Positions 29,428 to 40,879 of a DNA stretch of 64,000 bases are shown in pieces. The notes below the pieces were generated by a model, which saw only the letters and a list, made by a program, of their open reading frames with translations, was not told the origin of the DNA and ran no database searches. Both the position numbers and the translations under genes were made by a program. The stretch comes from Vulcanimicrobiota bacterium (GTDB lineage Bacteria > Vulcanimicrobiota > Xenobia > Xenobiales > JADMJV01), in the NCBI GenBank assembly GCA_050250895.1, contig JBFWNU010000001.1, positions 2,788,891 through 2,852,890 of the forward strand. Reading direction: 5' to 3'. The first letter of the stretch is position 1. Every line of letters starts with the position of its first letter.

Positions 29428-30623
29428 TGAAACGTCGTGGTGTTGCGCTGGTGGTAGTGATGTCGGTGCTGGCCCTGGTCTTGATGATCGGCGTGGCCGC
29501 CACCACCCTCAGCAGTTCGCAGCTGACCATCTCGGATTCGTTGGTGAATAGTCAGCAGGCGCTCTACGCGGCCGAAGCGGGCCTGGCCGACGGATTGGTG
29601 GCGCTGACCGAAGATGTCGACTTCGACGGCTATCCCGACCCCGTCAAGCTGAGCGGTGGGACAGCTTCTTACACGGTCCAGGTCTTCGACAACCGCGACG
29701 GCAGTCTGGCCGGACCTCTCCCCAACGGCATCGACGTGCCTGCCGGGCTGGTCTACGTTTTGGCCACCGGGTTCGCCGACAATGGGGTCGAGCGTCGTAT
29801 GGGCGGGCTGATCCGGCTCTCGGCCAGCGAAGCGCTCCAGGGCGCCGTGGCCGACCAGTTCAGTCTCAGTCTCGGGTCCTACATCGACTCCTACGACTCA
29901 TCCGCCGGTCCCTACAACCCTTCTGACCCCACCAACAAAACCGGGGGCGACATCGCCATCAATAGCGATTCGGGCTACGCCAATCTGTCGGGCAATTCCC
30001 ACATCTACGGAACCGTCTATCTTCACCCGGCCCTCACTCCCAGTGCCATTAGCACCTTGGACACCAGTACTTACCTCGATGACGATCGTCTGGAGGCCGC
30101 CTTGCCGGATGAGCCGGTGATCTTTCCTACCATGACCGGGCCGCGTCCCAACGTGCTTCTGCTGGCCGGCTTCACCAAGGTTCTGGCGCCTGGCCCTTAC
30201 AATTCGGTCACCCTCGGATTAGGCTCGACCCTGGTGCTACAAAAGGGCGACTACGTCTTTCGCGATCTGGACATGCTGCTCAACGCTCAGATCTTCATCG
30301 CCGAAGGACCGGTCAACATTTACATCCAGAACAGTTTCACCACGGTGGCCGCCGGCCTGGTCAACACCACCGGGATTCCTTCGCAGCTCAATATTCACTA
30401 TCGCTCGGCCGGCAACGTCACCATCGCCGGAGGCAGTTCGGCCTATTTCACCATGGACGGTCGATTAGCCAACATCACCGTGTTGGGCGGGGATGCCTAC
30501 GGCCAGATCCTGGCCAAAAAGGTGACCCTGAGCGCCTCCCGTTTTCACTTCGACCGGGCTCTGGGTGGGGCGGGCAGCACGAGCGGCAGCACCGTCGAGG
30601 TGCTGGGGAGACAACGCTTCTAG
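29427..30623 (+). CDS. PilX-like minor pilin
   Basis: RRG-VALVV (no Glu5), QALYAAEAGL. Confidence 0.8.
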   Translation: MKRRGVALVVVMSVLALVLMIGVAATTLSSSQLTISDSLVNSQQALYAAEAGLADGLVALTEDVDFDGYPDPVKLSGGTASYTVQVFDNRDGSLAGPLPNGIDVPAGLVYVLATGFADNGVERRMGGLIRLSASEALQGAVADQFSLSLGSYIDSYDSSAGPYNPSDPTNKTGGDIAINSDSGYANLSGNSHIYGTVYLHPALTPSAISTLDTSTYLDDDRLEAALPDEPVIFPTMTGPRPNVLLLAGFTKVLAPGPYNSVTLGLGSTLVLQKGDYVFRDLDMLLNAQIFIAEGPVNIYIQNSFTTVAAGLVNTTGIPSQLNIHYRSAGNVTIAGGSSAYFTMDGRLANITVLGGDAYGQILAKKVTLSASRFHFDRALGGAGSTSGSTVEVLGRQRF

Positions 30624-31837
30624 TGGAGATGTATCGATTCAAAGCCAAGGATGCCGAGGGCGAGGAGGTCATCGGCACCATCCGCGCCCACACCGAGAAG
30701 GCGGCCGCCAAGAAGCTGCGCAACACCTACTCTGCCCTGATCTCGCTCGAGGTGGTCGACGAGTCGACCATGCTCGAGCACCTGCCGCGGGTGCGCTATC
30801 AAGACCTCTCGGTGGCCACCCGCCAGATCGGGGTCTGCATCCGCGCGGGCATTCCCGTCCATAACGCGTTCCGTTTCGTCATGCAGGGGGCCGAGAGCCC
30901 GGGCCTACGGTTGGTGCTGGCCAGTGTGCTCGAGCGCATCGAGGCCGGCATGACCATCTCCAAGAGTTTGGCGGTTCACAAGCGGACCTTCAGTCCGACC
31001 TATGTGGCCCTGGTCAAAGCCGGCGAGACCTCGGGCAAGCTGGGCGAGTCCTTCGATCGCCTGGCCGACCTGACCGAGCGCAGCATTCGCCTCCAGAAAC
31101 AGGTCACTTCCTCTTTGACCTACCCGGCCATCGTCTGTATGTTCGCCCTGAGCATGGCCGCGATGTTCGTCTATTTCATTTTGCCGATGATGCTGCCGAT
31201 GTTCACCCAGCTCAAGGTCGAATTGCCACTGCCCACCAGGATACTGCTCTGGATCGGCTGGGTGGCCAGCCAGCCGTTGCTCATGCTGCCGGCGGTGGTG
31301 GGCGCGGTGCTCGCCATCGTGGCCGTCGTTCGGGCCGTGCGCAAGGCCGACGCCAACCCCGCCTTTCGCCGCTGGCTCGACACCAGGGCTCTGAAGCTGC
31401 CCGTGTTCGGCTTGCTCCTCGAAAGGGCCGTCTGGACCCGCATGCTATTCACTCTGGCTACCCTACTCGACGCTGGCATTACCATGGAGCCGGCCATGGC
31501 CGTGACCGAGGCGGTGGCCGGCAACTGCGTGGTGGCTGACAAGCTCAAAGCTGCCCGCGACCAGATGGTCGAGGGCGCTGGCGTCTTCGATGCTCTCTCG
31601 GCTCACGAGGTATTCGACAAGACCATCCTGCAGATGATCCATGTGGGCGAGGAGTCGGGTCAAATCGACGACATGATGGCACGCATCGCGTCCCTCTACG
31701 AAGAAGACGTGGCCCATCGCCTCGAGGGCCTGACCGCCATGCTCGAGCCCTTGCTCATGGGTGTGATGGGGCTGGCCGTGGGCTTTCTCACCCTGGCTTC
31801 GTTTTTGCCTATGGCCAGCCTGCTCAAAGACTTCTAA
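30623..31837 (+). CDS. pilC: Type II secretion/T4P inner-membrane platform protein (GspF/PilC)
   Basis: KAGETSGKL, SLTYP, GEESGQIDDMM, LEP, in two T2SSF repeats. Confidence 0.9.
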   Translation: MEMYRFKAKDAEGEEVIGTIRAHTEKAAAKKLRNTYSALISLEVVDESTMLEHLPRVRYQDLSVATRQIGVCIRAGIPVHNAFRFVMQGAESPGLRLVLASVLERIEAGMTISKSLAVHKRTFSPTYVALVKAGETSGKLGESFDRLADLTERSIRLQKQVTSSLTYPAIVCMFALSMAAMFVYFILPMMLPMFTQLKVELPLPTRILLWIGWVASQPLLMLPAVVGAVLAIVAVVRAVRKADANPAFRRWLDTRALKLPVFGLLLERAVWTRMLFTLATLLDAGITMEPAMAVTEAVAGNCVVADKLKAARDQMVEGAGVFDALSAHEVFDKTILQMIHVGEESGQIDDMMARIASLYEEDVAHRLEGLTAMLEPLLMGVMGLAVGFLTLASFLPMASLLKDF

Positions 31838-31851
31838 GCCGCCGCCACAAA

Positions 31852-31883
31852 AAGAAGAGCCCCACCGCAGCGGGGCTCTTCTT
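31852..31883. terminator. Bidirectional intrinsic terminator
   Basis: AAGAAGAGCCCC-N8-GGGGCTCTTCTT between convergent pilC and pckG. Confidence 0.8.
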
Positions 31884-31889
31884 AGACGT

Positions 31890-33731
31890 TTACCAGCAGG
31901 GAGTGGGCTCCCAGCGTTCGGGAGTGCGCCACAGGCGGCTGACCTGCAGCTCGCGCTCCCACAGCAAGTCGGGCGGCAGCTTGTCGCGCAGCTTGAGGAA
32001 GAGCTCTTCATGGCTGAGAGTCTCGGCCAGCCACGAGTCCTTGTCGATGGACATCAACAGGTTGTAGTGCTCGCGCTCGAAGTCGAGGCCTGTCCAATCG
32101 ATGTCGTCATAGAGCGGAATCCAGCCGATGGGGCTCTCGACGGCGTGACCGCGGCCGCGGATGCGGTCAAAGATCCAGCGCAAAATGCGCATGTTCTCGC
32201 CGTACCCCGGCCAGGCGAACTTGCCCCGGGCATCCTTGAGGAACCAGTTCACCCGGAAGATGCGGGGCGGGTCGGGCAGATGGCGGCCGACGTTGAGCCA
32301 GTGGTTGAAGTAGTCGCCCATGTGGTAGCCGCAAAACGGCAACATGGCCATCGGGTCGCGGCGCAGTTCGCCCACCTTGCCGGCCGCGGCGGCGGTCTTC
32401 TCGGAGCCCATCGTGGCTCCCAGATAGACGCCGTGCGACCAGGACAGGGCCTGGAAAATCATCGGCATATCCTGGCTCACCCGGCCGCCGAAAATGATGG
32501 CCGAGATGGGCACGCCGTTGGGGTTCTCCCAGTCGGGGTCGACCGAAGGGCACTGCGAGGCCGGGGCGGTGAAGCGAGCATTGGCGTGGGCGGCCGGGCG
32601 TCCGCAACTGGGAGTCCAATCCTGGCCCAGCCAGTCGGTCAGCTTGGCCGGAGGCTCGTCGGTCATGCCCTCCCACCAGACGTCCCCTTCGGGAGTCAGG
32701 GCCAGGTTGGTGAAGATGCAGTTCGCCTTGAGAGTGGCCATGGCGTTGGGATTGGTCTTCTCTGAGGTGCCCGGAGCCACTCCGAAGAACCCGTACTCGG
32801 GATTGATGGCATAAAGCTTGCCGTCCTTGCCTGGCTTGATCCAGGCGATATCGTCGCCCACGGTGGTGATTTTCCAGCCGTCGAAAGCGGTCGGGGGGAT
32901 CAACATGGCGAAGTTGGTCTTGCCGCAAGCACTGGGAAACGCCGCCACCACATAGTTCTTCTCGCCTTGAGGCGACTCGATTCCCAGGATCAGCATGTGC
33001 TCAGCCAGCCAGCCCTGGTCGCGGGCCATGCACGAGGCGATGCGCAGAGCGAAGCACTTTTTGCCGAGCAGAGCGTTGCCGCCATAGCCACTGCCATACG
33101 ACCAGATGGAGCGCTCTTCAGGAAAGTGGACAATATACTTGTTGTCGGGGTTACAGGGCCAGGCTACATCCTTCTGGCCGCTAGCTAGAGGCGAGCCGAC
33201 CGAGTGCAGGCAGGGCACGAAGTCCGCGTTGCCGAGGACTTCCCAGACCGCTTGTCCCATGCGGGTCATGATGCGGGTGTTGACCACCACGTAAGGCGAG
33301 TCGGTCAACTGCACGCCGATCTGGGCGATGGGCGAGCCCAGCGGGCCCATGCTGAAGGGCACCACATACATGGTGCGACCCCGCATGGAGCCGTCGAAGA
33401 ATCCGGTGAGCTTGGCCTTCATCTCGCGGGGTTCGGACCAATTGTTCATCGGGCCGGCGTCGTCTTGGCGGCGGCTGCAGATGAAGGTCTGGTGCTCGAC
33501 CCGGGCTACGTCGCGGGGGTCGGACCGGCACAGATAGCTATTAGGGCGAAGCTCTTCGTTGAGGCGGATAAAGGTGCCGGCCTCGACCATCTCCTGGCAC
33601 AGGCGGTCGTATTCTTCCTGACTGCCGTCGCACCAGTAAACGGCCGACGGCTTGCACAGAACGCGCATCTCCTCGACCCAGTCGAGCACGGCTTGATTGG
33701 TGGTTTTAGCTTTTTCAGTAGCGGTTGGCAA
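31890..33731 (-). CDS. pckG: Phosphoenolpyruvate carboxykinase (GTP)
   Basis: [48 protein letters not shown]. Confidence 0.97.
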   Translation of the reverse strand: MPTATEKAKTTNQAVLDWVEEMRVLCKPSAVYWCDGSQEEYDRLCQEMVEAGTFIRLNEELRPNSYLCRSDPRDVARVEHQTFICSRRQDDAGPMNNWSEPREMKAKLTGFFDGSMRGRTMYVVPFSMGPLGSPIAQIGVQLTDSPYVVVNTRIMTRMGQAVWEVLGNADFVPCLHSVGSPLASGQKDVAWPCNPDNKYIVHFPEERSIWSYGSGYGGNALLGKKCFALRIASCMARDQGWLAEHMLILGIESPQGEKNYVVAAFPSACGKTNFAMLIPPTAFDGWKITTVGDDIAWIKPGKDGKLYAINPEYGFFGVAPGTSEKTNPNAMATLKANCIFTNLALTPEGDVWWEGMTDEPPAKLTDWLGQDWTPSCGRPAAHANARFTAPASQCPSVDPDWENPNGVPISAIIFGGRVSQDMPMIFQALSWSHGVYLGATMGSEKTAAAAGKVGELRRDPMAMLPFCGYHMGDYFNHWLNVGRHLPDPPRIFRVNWFLKDARGKFAWPGYGENMRILRWIFDRIRGRGHAVESPIGWIPLYDDIDWTGLDFEREHYNLLMSIDKDSWLAETLSHEELFLKLRDKLPPDLLWERELQVSRLWRTPERWEPTPCW

Positions 33732-33843
33732 GATGTTCCTCCATAGAACGGCGAAGTTTTTATCAGTCTATCCATTCCCGCTCGGCGAGCGAATGATACA
33801 GATCATCAGAAATAATTGCCGGCAGATTGCCGACCCACTCCCC

Positions 33844-34188
33844 ATGAGAAGTTTCTTGCTGTTGGTCTTGCTGGCCCTGCCAGCGTCCGCGGACCCCATC
33901 GACCAGCTGGTGACCCGCCTTTCGCAAACCCACGGCCTTTGGATTAACGGGCCATTCCCCGCCTTGTCGTTGGGGTCCGAAGCCACTTGCCAGCAGGTCC
34001 TCGACGAGATGTTCACTCGCATTTCTTTTGACCCGGGCCGGGTGGAGCGCTTCCAGGTGGACGAGCAACGGAACGTGACCATCGATGGCCTCGACTACGT
34101 CGCGGTCAAGCTGACCACGAACCTGGGCCAAAAGATCGTCCTCCTGCGCTACGAGTCCGGATCGGGGTGGTGGACAAGGGTCTACTGA
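33844..34188 (+). CDS. Small secreted hypothetical protein
   Basis: Signal peptide MRSFLLLVLLALPASA. Confidence 0.65.
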   Translation: MRSFLLLVLLALPASADPIDQLVTRLSQTHGLWINGPFPALSLGSEATCQQVLDEMFTRISFDPGRVERFQVDEQRNVTIDGLDYVAVKLTTNLGQKIVLLRYESGSGWWTRVY

Positions 34189-34210
34189 GCTCGCAATCGA
34201 ACGAACTCTC

Positions 34211-35319
34211 ATGAAGCTTGTGACCTTTGGCCATTCCCTCGATTCCCCGTGCCAACCTCAGGGCACCGACCTCGACTCTCCCCAAACGCTGGTGTTGGTC
34301 TTTGGCGCCCCGGAATTTCGCGCTCAGCCCGAGGCGTTGGTCACTCTACGCGCTCGGTTTCCCCAGTCGGTGCTGGTGGGCTGCTCGTCTTCCGGCGAGA
34401 TCCTGGGCGAGGAGATCCACGACAAGAGCCTGGCGGTGGCCGTGGCCCACTTCGAAAAGAGCACCCTTCGGTCTGCTTCGACCACGGTCGACGGCGATAG
34501 CCGCAAAGCTGCCCGCGAGCTGGCCGAGCAACTCAAAGGACCCGGCCTCAAGGGAGTGCTGGTGCTCTCGGACGGCCTCAACGTGTCGGGCTCGGAACTC
34601 TCTCGCGGCTTCAACGAGGTGTTGGACGGGGTGGTCGTGACCGGCGGACTGGCCGGCGACGGCGACCGTTTCGCCTCGACCTGGGTGCTGGAGGGAAGCC
34701 AGCCCTCGAGCGGCCGCATCGTCGCGGTGGGCTTCTACGGAACCGACATGCTGGTGGGCTATGGCTCGCGCGGAGGCTGGGACGAGTTTGGTCTCGAACG
34801 CCAGGTGACCCGGGCCAAAGGCAGCGTGCTTTACGAGCTTGACGGCAAGAAGGCGCTGGCTCTCTACAAAGAATACCTGGGCGAATTGGCCAGCGAGTTG
34901 CCCGCCTCGGGCCTGCTCTTTCCCCTCTCCTTGCGCCGCGATGTCCACGACCAGCAGCGCTTCGTGCGGACCATTCTGGCCGTCGACGAAAAGGCCCAGT
35001 CGATGACCTTCGCCGGAGAGATTCCCGAGGGGTATCTGGCCCAACTGATGCACGCCAACTTCGACCGCCTCATTGACGGAGCCGGCGAGGCGGCCAATCT
35101 GGCCCGCGGTGGCCAGTTGGCCATCGCCATCAGCTGCGTGGGACGGCGCCTGGTGCTCGGTCAGCGGGCCGAGGAAGAGGTCGAGACGGCCTTCGAATCG
35201 CTGCCCGAGGGCACCCAGCAGGTCGGCTTCTATTCCTACGGAGAGCTCTCGCCGCAGTCGGACGGAAAGTGCGCGCTGCACAATCAGACAATGACCATGA
35301 CGACTCTGGGAGAACGTTG

Positions 35320-35320
<1 letters not shown>
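34211..35320 (+). CDS. FIST-domain sensor (NosP-like)
   Basis: GCSSSGEI, GGLAGD, SCVGR, GFYSYGE, LHNQTMT. Confidence 0.92.
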
Positions 35321-37434
<2,114 letters not shown>

Positions 37435-37496
37435 CCGCCTGGCCTTTGGCTGGCTTGACCTGGCTCTTGGCGGGCTGGCGGGTCGAGGCGGGCGGG

Positions 37497-37547
37497 CGGC
37501 CTGGTGGGCGGCGGGCACACAACCACTCCGGGTCGTTGTCTGGCTGA
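37497..37547. repeat. Single degenerate copy of the array C repeat
   Basis: GGCCTGGTGGGCGGCGGGCACACAACCACTCCGGGTCGTTGTC matches the 38.4-38.9 kb units in the same orientation. Confidence 0.85.
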
Positions 37548-37574
37548 GGGGCTAGCCAGGGCGGGGATGCAGGA

Positions 37575-37599
37575 AGGTGGGGGGACGGGCCCCCCACCT
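37575..37599. terminator. GC hairpin between convergent genes
   Basis: AGGTGGGGGG-acggg-CCCCCCACCT. Confidence 0.5.
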
Positions 37600-37619
37600 C
37601 CTCGCTCGCGGATACCGGT

Positions 37620-38240
37620 CTACCTGGTCGGCTTAGTGTCGAGTCCGAAGGGCTTGATGCCTCCGCCATCGCTGTCGCTGTCGGACGGATAGCGCAGGGT
37701 GGCGATGGGCCCGCCCGGCTTCACGCCGCCCGGTCCGCCGGGTTTGAGACCTCCGCCATCGCTGTCGCTATCGGACGGATAGCGCAGGGTGGCAATCCCG
37801 GTGCCGGGAGGCTGGCTGCCCGGGTTGCCAGGCTTGATTCCCCCCGGCCCGCCCGGCTTAATCCCCCCGCCGTCGCTGTCGCTGTCTGACGGATAGCGCA
37901 AAGTGGCGATGCCAGCGCCCGGAGGCTTTGGGCCACCGGGCTTGCCGGGCTTTGAGCCGCCATCGCTGTCACTGTCGGACGGGTAGCGCAAGGTGGCGAT
38001 ACCCGCTCCGCCAGGCTTGGAGCCAGACTGCCCTTCCAGGAAGTTATTGAAGAACGGGTTGGCGCTCTTGGCTTCGCCGGCCTTGCCGCCCAGTGAGTCC
38101 CACTTGGAGCCAAGCAGCTGATTGGCTGCTCGCGTCTGCAGTCCGTCCGGCTTTTTGGCGGTTGACTGAGCGGCCGGCGCCGCCTTCTTCGGCAGCTGGA
38201 TATTGTTATTGGTTTTGACTTTGTGGCTGGTGTTGATCAT
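37620..38240 (-). CDS. Multi-core microviridin/marinostatin-family (graspetide) precursor peptide
   Basis: Leader motif NPFFNNFLEGQ (cf. PFFARFL). Four identical IATLRYPSDSDSDGG cores (cf. marinostatin FATMRYPSDSDE, microviridin TxKYPSD). AAGGAG RBS. Confidence 0.9.
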   Translation of the reverse strand: MINTSHKVKTNNNIQLPKKAAPAAQSTAKKPDGLQTRAANQLLGSKWDSLGGKAGEAKSANPFFNNFLEGQSGSKPGGAGIATLRYPSDSDSDGGSKPGKPGGPKPPGAGIATLRYPSDSDSDGGGIKPGGPGGIKPGNPGSQPPGTGIATLRYPSDSDSDGGGLKPGGPGGVKPGGPIATLRYPSDSDSDGGGIKPFGLDTKPTR

Positions 38241-38408
38241 TGGTTCTCCTTCACACTTGCCTTCAGTCTAGGGTGGCTCGCTCTCGCTGGGTTTTGCCGA
38301 ATTGTTTCCGGTGTTGCCGTCTTGTAACAGCCTTGCGTCGGCTTGCGTCGCCGGGCAGTGACGAGGGAGTGTCGCTCCAAGCAGATTTAAAGGCTGGCTC
38401 GGCGGTGG

Positions 38409-38908
38409 GGCTGGCCTGGTGGGCTTGGCGGGCGGGCAGACAACCACCCCGGGTCGTTGTAAACAACCACTCCGGGTCGTTGTCCGGGCTGGCTCGACGG
38501 GCGGCGGGCAGGCAACCACCCCGGGTCGTTGTAAACAACCACTCCGGGTCGTTGTCCGGGCTGGCTCGACGAGCGGCGGGCAGACAACCACCCCGGGTCG
38601 TTGTAAACAACCACTCCGGGTCGTTGTCCGGGCTGGCCTGGTGGGCTTGGCGGGCAGACAACCACCCCGGGTCGTTGTAAACAACCACTCCGGGTCGTTG
38701 TCCGGGCTGGCCTGGTGGGCTTGGCGGGCAGACAACCACCCCGGGTCGTTGTAAACAACCACTCCGGGTCGTTGTCCGGGCTGGCCCGACGGGCGGCGGG
38801 CAGACAACCACCCCGGGTCGTTGTCCGGACTGGCCCGACGAGCGGCGGGCAGACAACCACCCCGGGTCGTTGTAAACAACCGCCTCGGGTCGTTGTCCGG
38901 GCTGGCCC
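38409..38908. repeat. Tandem palindromic array C
   Basis: Seven units spaced 72,72,74,74,72,49 bp. Thirteen ACAACCAC(C/T)CCGGGTCGTTGT-type hairpins, paired via AA, with short variable GC linkers. Confidence 0.92.
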
Positions 38909-39015
38909 GGTGGGTGGGGTTGGTCAGGCCGCGTTAATATTCTTGGAACATCGCGGAAATGTCCGGGCAACAGACTGGCAACGGCTGGGCAAAGCCAGTG
39001 GTTCAGGATAAGAGC

Positions 39016-39786
39016 ATGTTCCAACCACTCTTTCCCCACATCCTCAGAAAGCGCCGGCTAGCCCACAAGCTTCGGCAGAATGAACTGGCCAGACTGTGCG
39101 GTATTCCAGCCAAGAAGATGACCATGTTCGAGCGGGGCCTGCGCGTGCCGTCAGCCGATGAACTGGCCAGGCTCGAATGGGAGCTGGGCTCGTTCTACGG
39201 CTGCTCGTTTCGCCCTCCGCGCTATCAAGAGACCCTGCGCAACCAGGCCAGCCGTCTTTGCCAAACGCCCGAACCGTTCTTTCCTCCCAAGGACCGGTCG
39301 AACGCCGTCCGCTACCGGGCCGCTCTCCATCGCTATCCCGAGCTGGTGGCGAAGTTGACGCAGCGTATCCGAGCCCGGCCGGATTTCGAACTGGTCAACT
39401 ACTTCAGCGAGGCGATTGCCAGCGGCTCGGCCGAGGAGTGCTTGTATCTGATGCATCTGCTCGCCCAGGGCGGGCAGCCTGGCTTGCTCGTGCCAACCAA
39501 TCTGGGCTGGCTTCCTCACCCGGTGGTCGACCCCGACACGAGAGAGTGGGTCAGCCACCGGCCCCTGCCGTTGGTGGTCGTCGGGCAATCGTATTACTTT
39601 CTCCAGGTGTCTTTCGCCACGCCGGTCCTCTACTCGGTCGACGTGCTGCGGTGGGACGGCCGCTGGACCGTCGTCGAGATTGATGGCGAGGGGCACCGGG
39701 GCAAGGGGGACGAAGAGAAAGAGGCAGCGGTGAAGCTGCCCTTTGAGCGGATCAAGACGGCCGAGCTGCTGCGGCTGGTTCAGTAG
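39016..39786 (+). CDS. XRE-type HTH fused to a DUF559/Vsr-like PD-(D/E)xK nuclease domain
   Basis: N-terminal LRKRR...LRQNELARLCGI..KKMTMFERGLRVPS. C-terminal Q...YSVDVL...VVEIDGEGH. Confidence 0.72.
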   Translation: MFQPLFPHILRKRRLAHKLRQNELARLCGIPAKKMTMFERGLRVPSADELARLEWELGSFYGCSFRPPRYQETLRNQASRLCQTPEPFFPPKDRSNAVRYRAALHRYPELVAKLTQRIRARPDFELVNYFSEAIASGSAEECLYLMHLLAQGGQPGLLVPTNLGWLPHPVVDPDTREWVSHRPLPLVVVGQSYYFLQVSFATPVLYSVDVLRWDGRWTVVEIDGEGHRGKGDEEKEAAVKLPFERIKTAELLRLVQ

Positions 39787-40196
39787 TCGAAGACCTTGTC
39801 GGCCTCCAGGATCATCTTGGCCATACTATCGGCATCGAGGAACTGGGCTCCCTCGCGCAGGTTCTCGGAGGTGATGCCGGCGGCGTCGGCGCAGTGGGGG
39901 CAGACCAGAGTCTTGCCACCGCTCTTGGCGTAGTTGTCATAGAGAGCGTCGAGGGGAGTCGAGCCGCCCCACTGCAGGTCGAGGGGCTGGCGTTTGTCGA
40001 CCAGACGCACGCCCTCGCGGTCGACGAAGAGAACGACGTCGAGGCCGTTCTGGGCTCCGACGGTCGCGATCTTGAGAGCCATCGAGGCGGCGTGCAGGTC
40101 GTCTGTGCAGTGGCTCAGATGCACCAGCAACGTCTCGGCCGAGGCCGACAAGGACAGAGTGAGGGCGAGCAGGCTCGCCAGCAAAAGTTTCTTCAT
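39780..40196 (-). CDS. Exported DsrE-family protein
   Basis: Signal peptide. VVLFVDREGV, LVCPHC, ADKVFDY. Confidence 0.82.
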   Translation of the reverse strand: MKKLLLASLLALTLSLSASAETLLVHLSHCTDDLHAASMALKIATVGAQNGLDVVLFVDREGVRLVDKRQPLDLQWGGSTPLDALYDNYAKSGGKTLVCPHCADAAGITSENLREGAQFLDADSMAKMILEADKVFDY

Positions 40197-40258
40197 GGCG
40201 GCATTCTAGGGCAGCCGGTCAGGACTGCCTATGACCGCGATCAGTTACAGGAGGACAC

Positions 40259-40879
40259 GTGAGCAAGTTCAAATATCCGAAGGTGCGACCTACATTCCAG
40301 GCTCCCGGGGCCACCGAGCCGGCCGTCGAGATGTTCGAGCGCTTCCTGGCCGAAGGAGGCCCTTTCCGCGATGGCGAGTCGATTCAGCTGAGCTGGATGT
40401 GGCTGCAAGTGGCTCAGCAGGGCGATGGCCTGGTCATCCTCGCGCCCAGGTTGGGGAGCATGCCGATGGAGTTTCATGACGATTGCTCGCGGGCGCTGGT
40501 GCTCAACCTGACGCAGCGTTACATTTGTGACAGCTTTGGGGTGAGCCCGAGCCCGTGCAATGCCCGTCAGGCCGCTCTGGTCGTCAAGGACCTGGACCGC
40601 TGCCAGAAGGTCTTCATGAATCGCCTCGGGCCCGAAGAGGCGAGCGACTCCGGCTGGTATTTCGACAGTCCCGAAAGCCAGCTAGATGCCAACGACCCGG
40701 ACAGCCTGGAATATCTCAGTTTGTGGGAGTTGGCCGGACGCTACCCCCTGGCGCTGGACTTCTTTTTGCTGCCCACCGATTGGCAGGTCGCCTTACAGGC
40801 CGCTCCGACCGTGTTGCAGAGCTTCAAGCCGGTTGCGGCCCGCCCGAACTCCTACTACGCTCTGCGTTACCCGGGCTGA
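40259..40879 (+). CDS. Imm33/DUF2185-like immunity protein
   Basis: GESIQLSW, DSGWYF, FFLLP.DW. AGGAGG RBS. Confidence 0.6.
   Translation: MSKFKYPKVRPTFQAPGATEPAVEMFERFLAEGGPFRDGESIQLSWMWLQVAQQGDGLVILAPRLGSMPMEFHDDCSRALVLNLTQRYICDSFGVSPSPCNARQAALVVKDLDRCQKVFMNRLGPEEASDSGWYFDSPESQLDANDPDSLEYLSLWELAGRYPLALDFFLLPTDWQVALQAAPTVLQSFKPVAARPNSYYALRYPG

Noticed and set aside
38409-38908. CRISPR array
   Set aside because: Variable parts are only 9-11 nt and recur, the constant part is about 60 bp, and there are no cas genes in the window.
38240-39039. ORFs across array C
   Set aside because: These are translations of the DNA repeat in shifting frames, with no RBS or protein-like composition.
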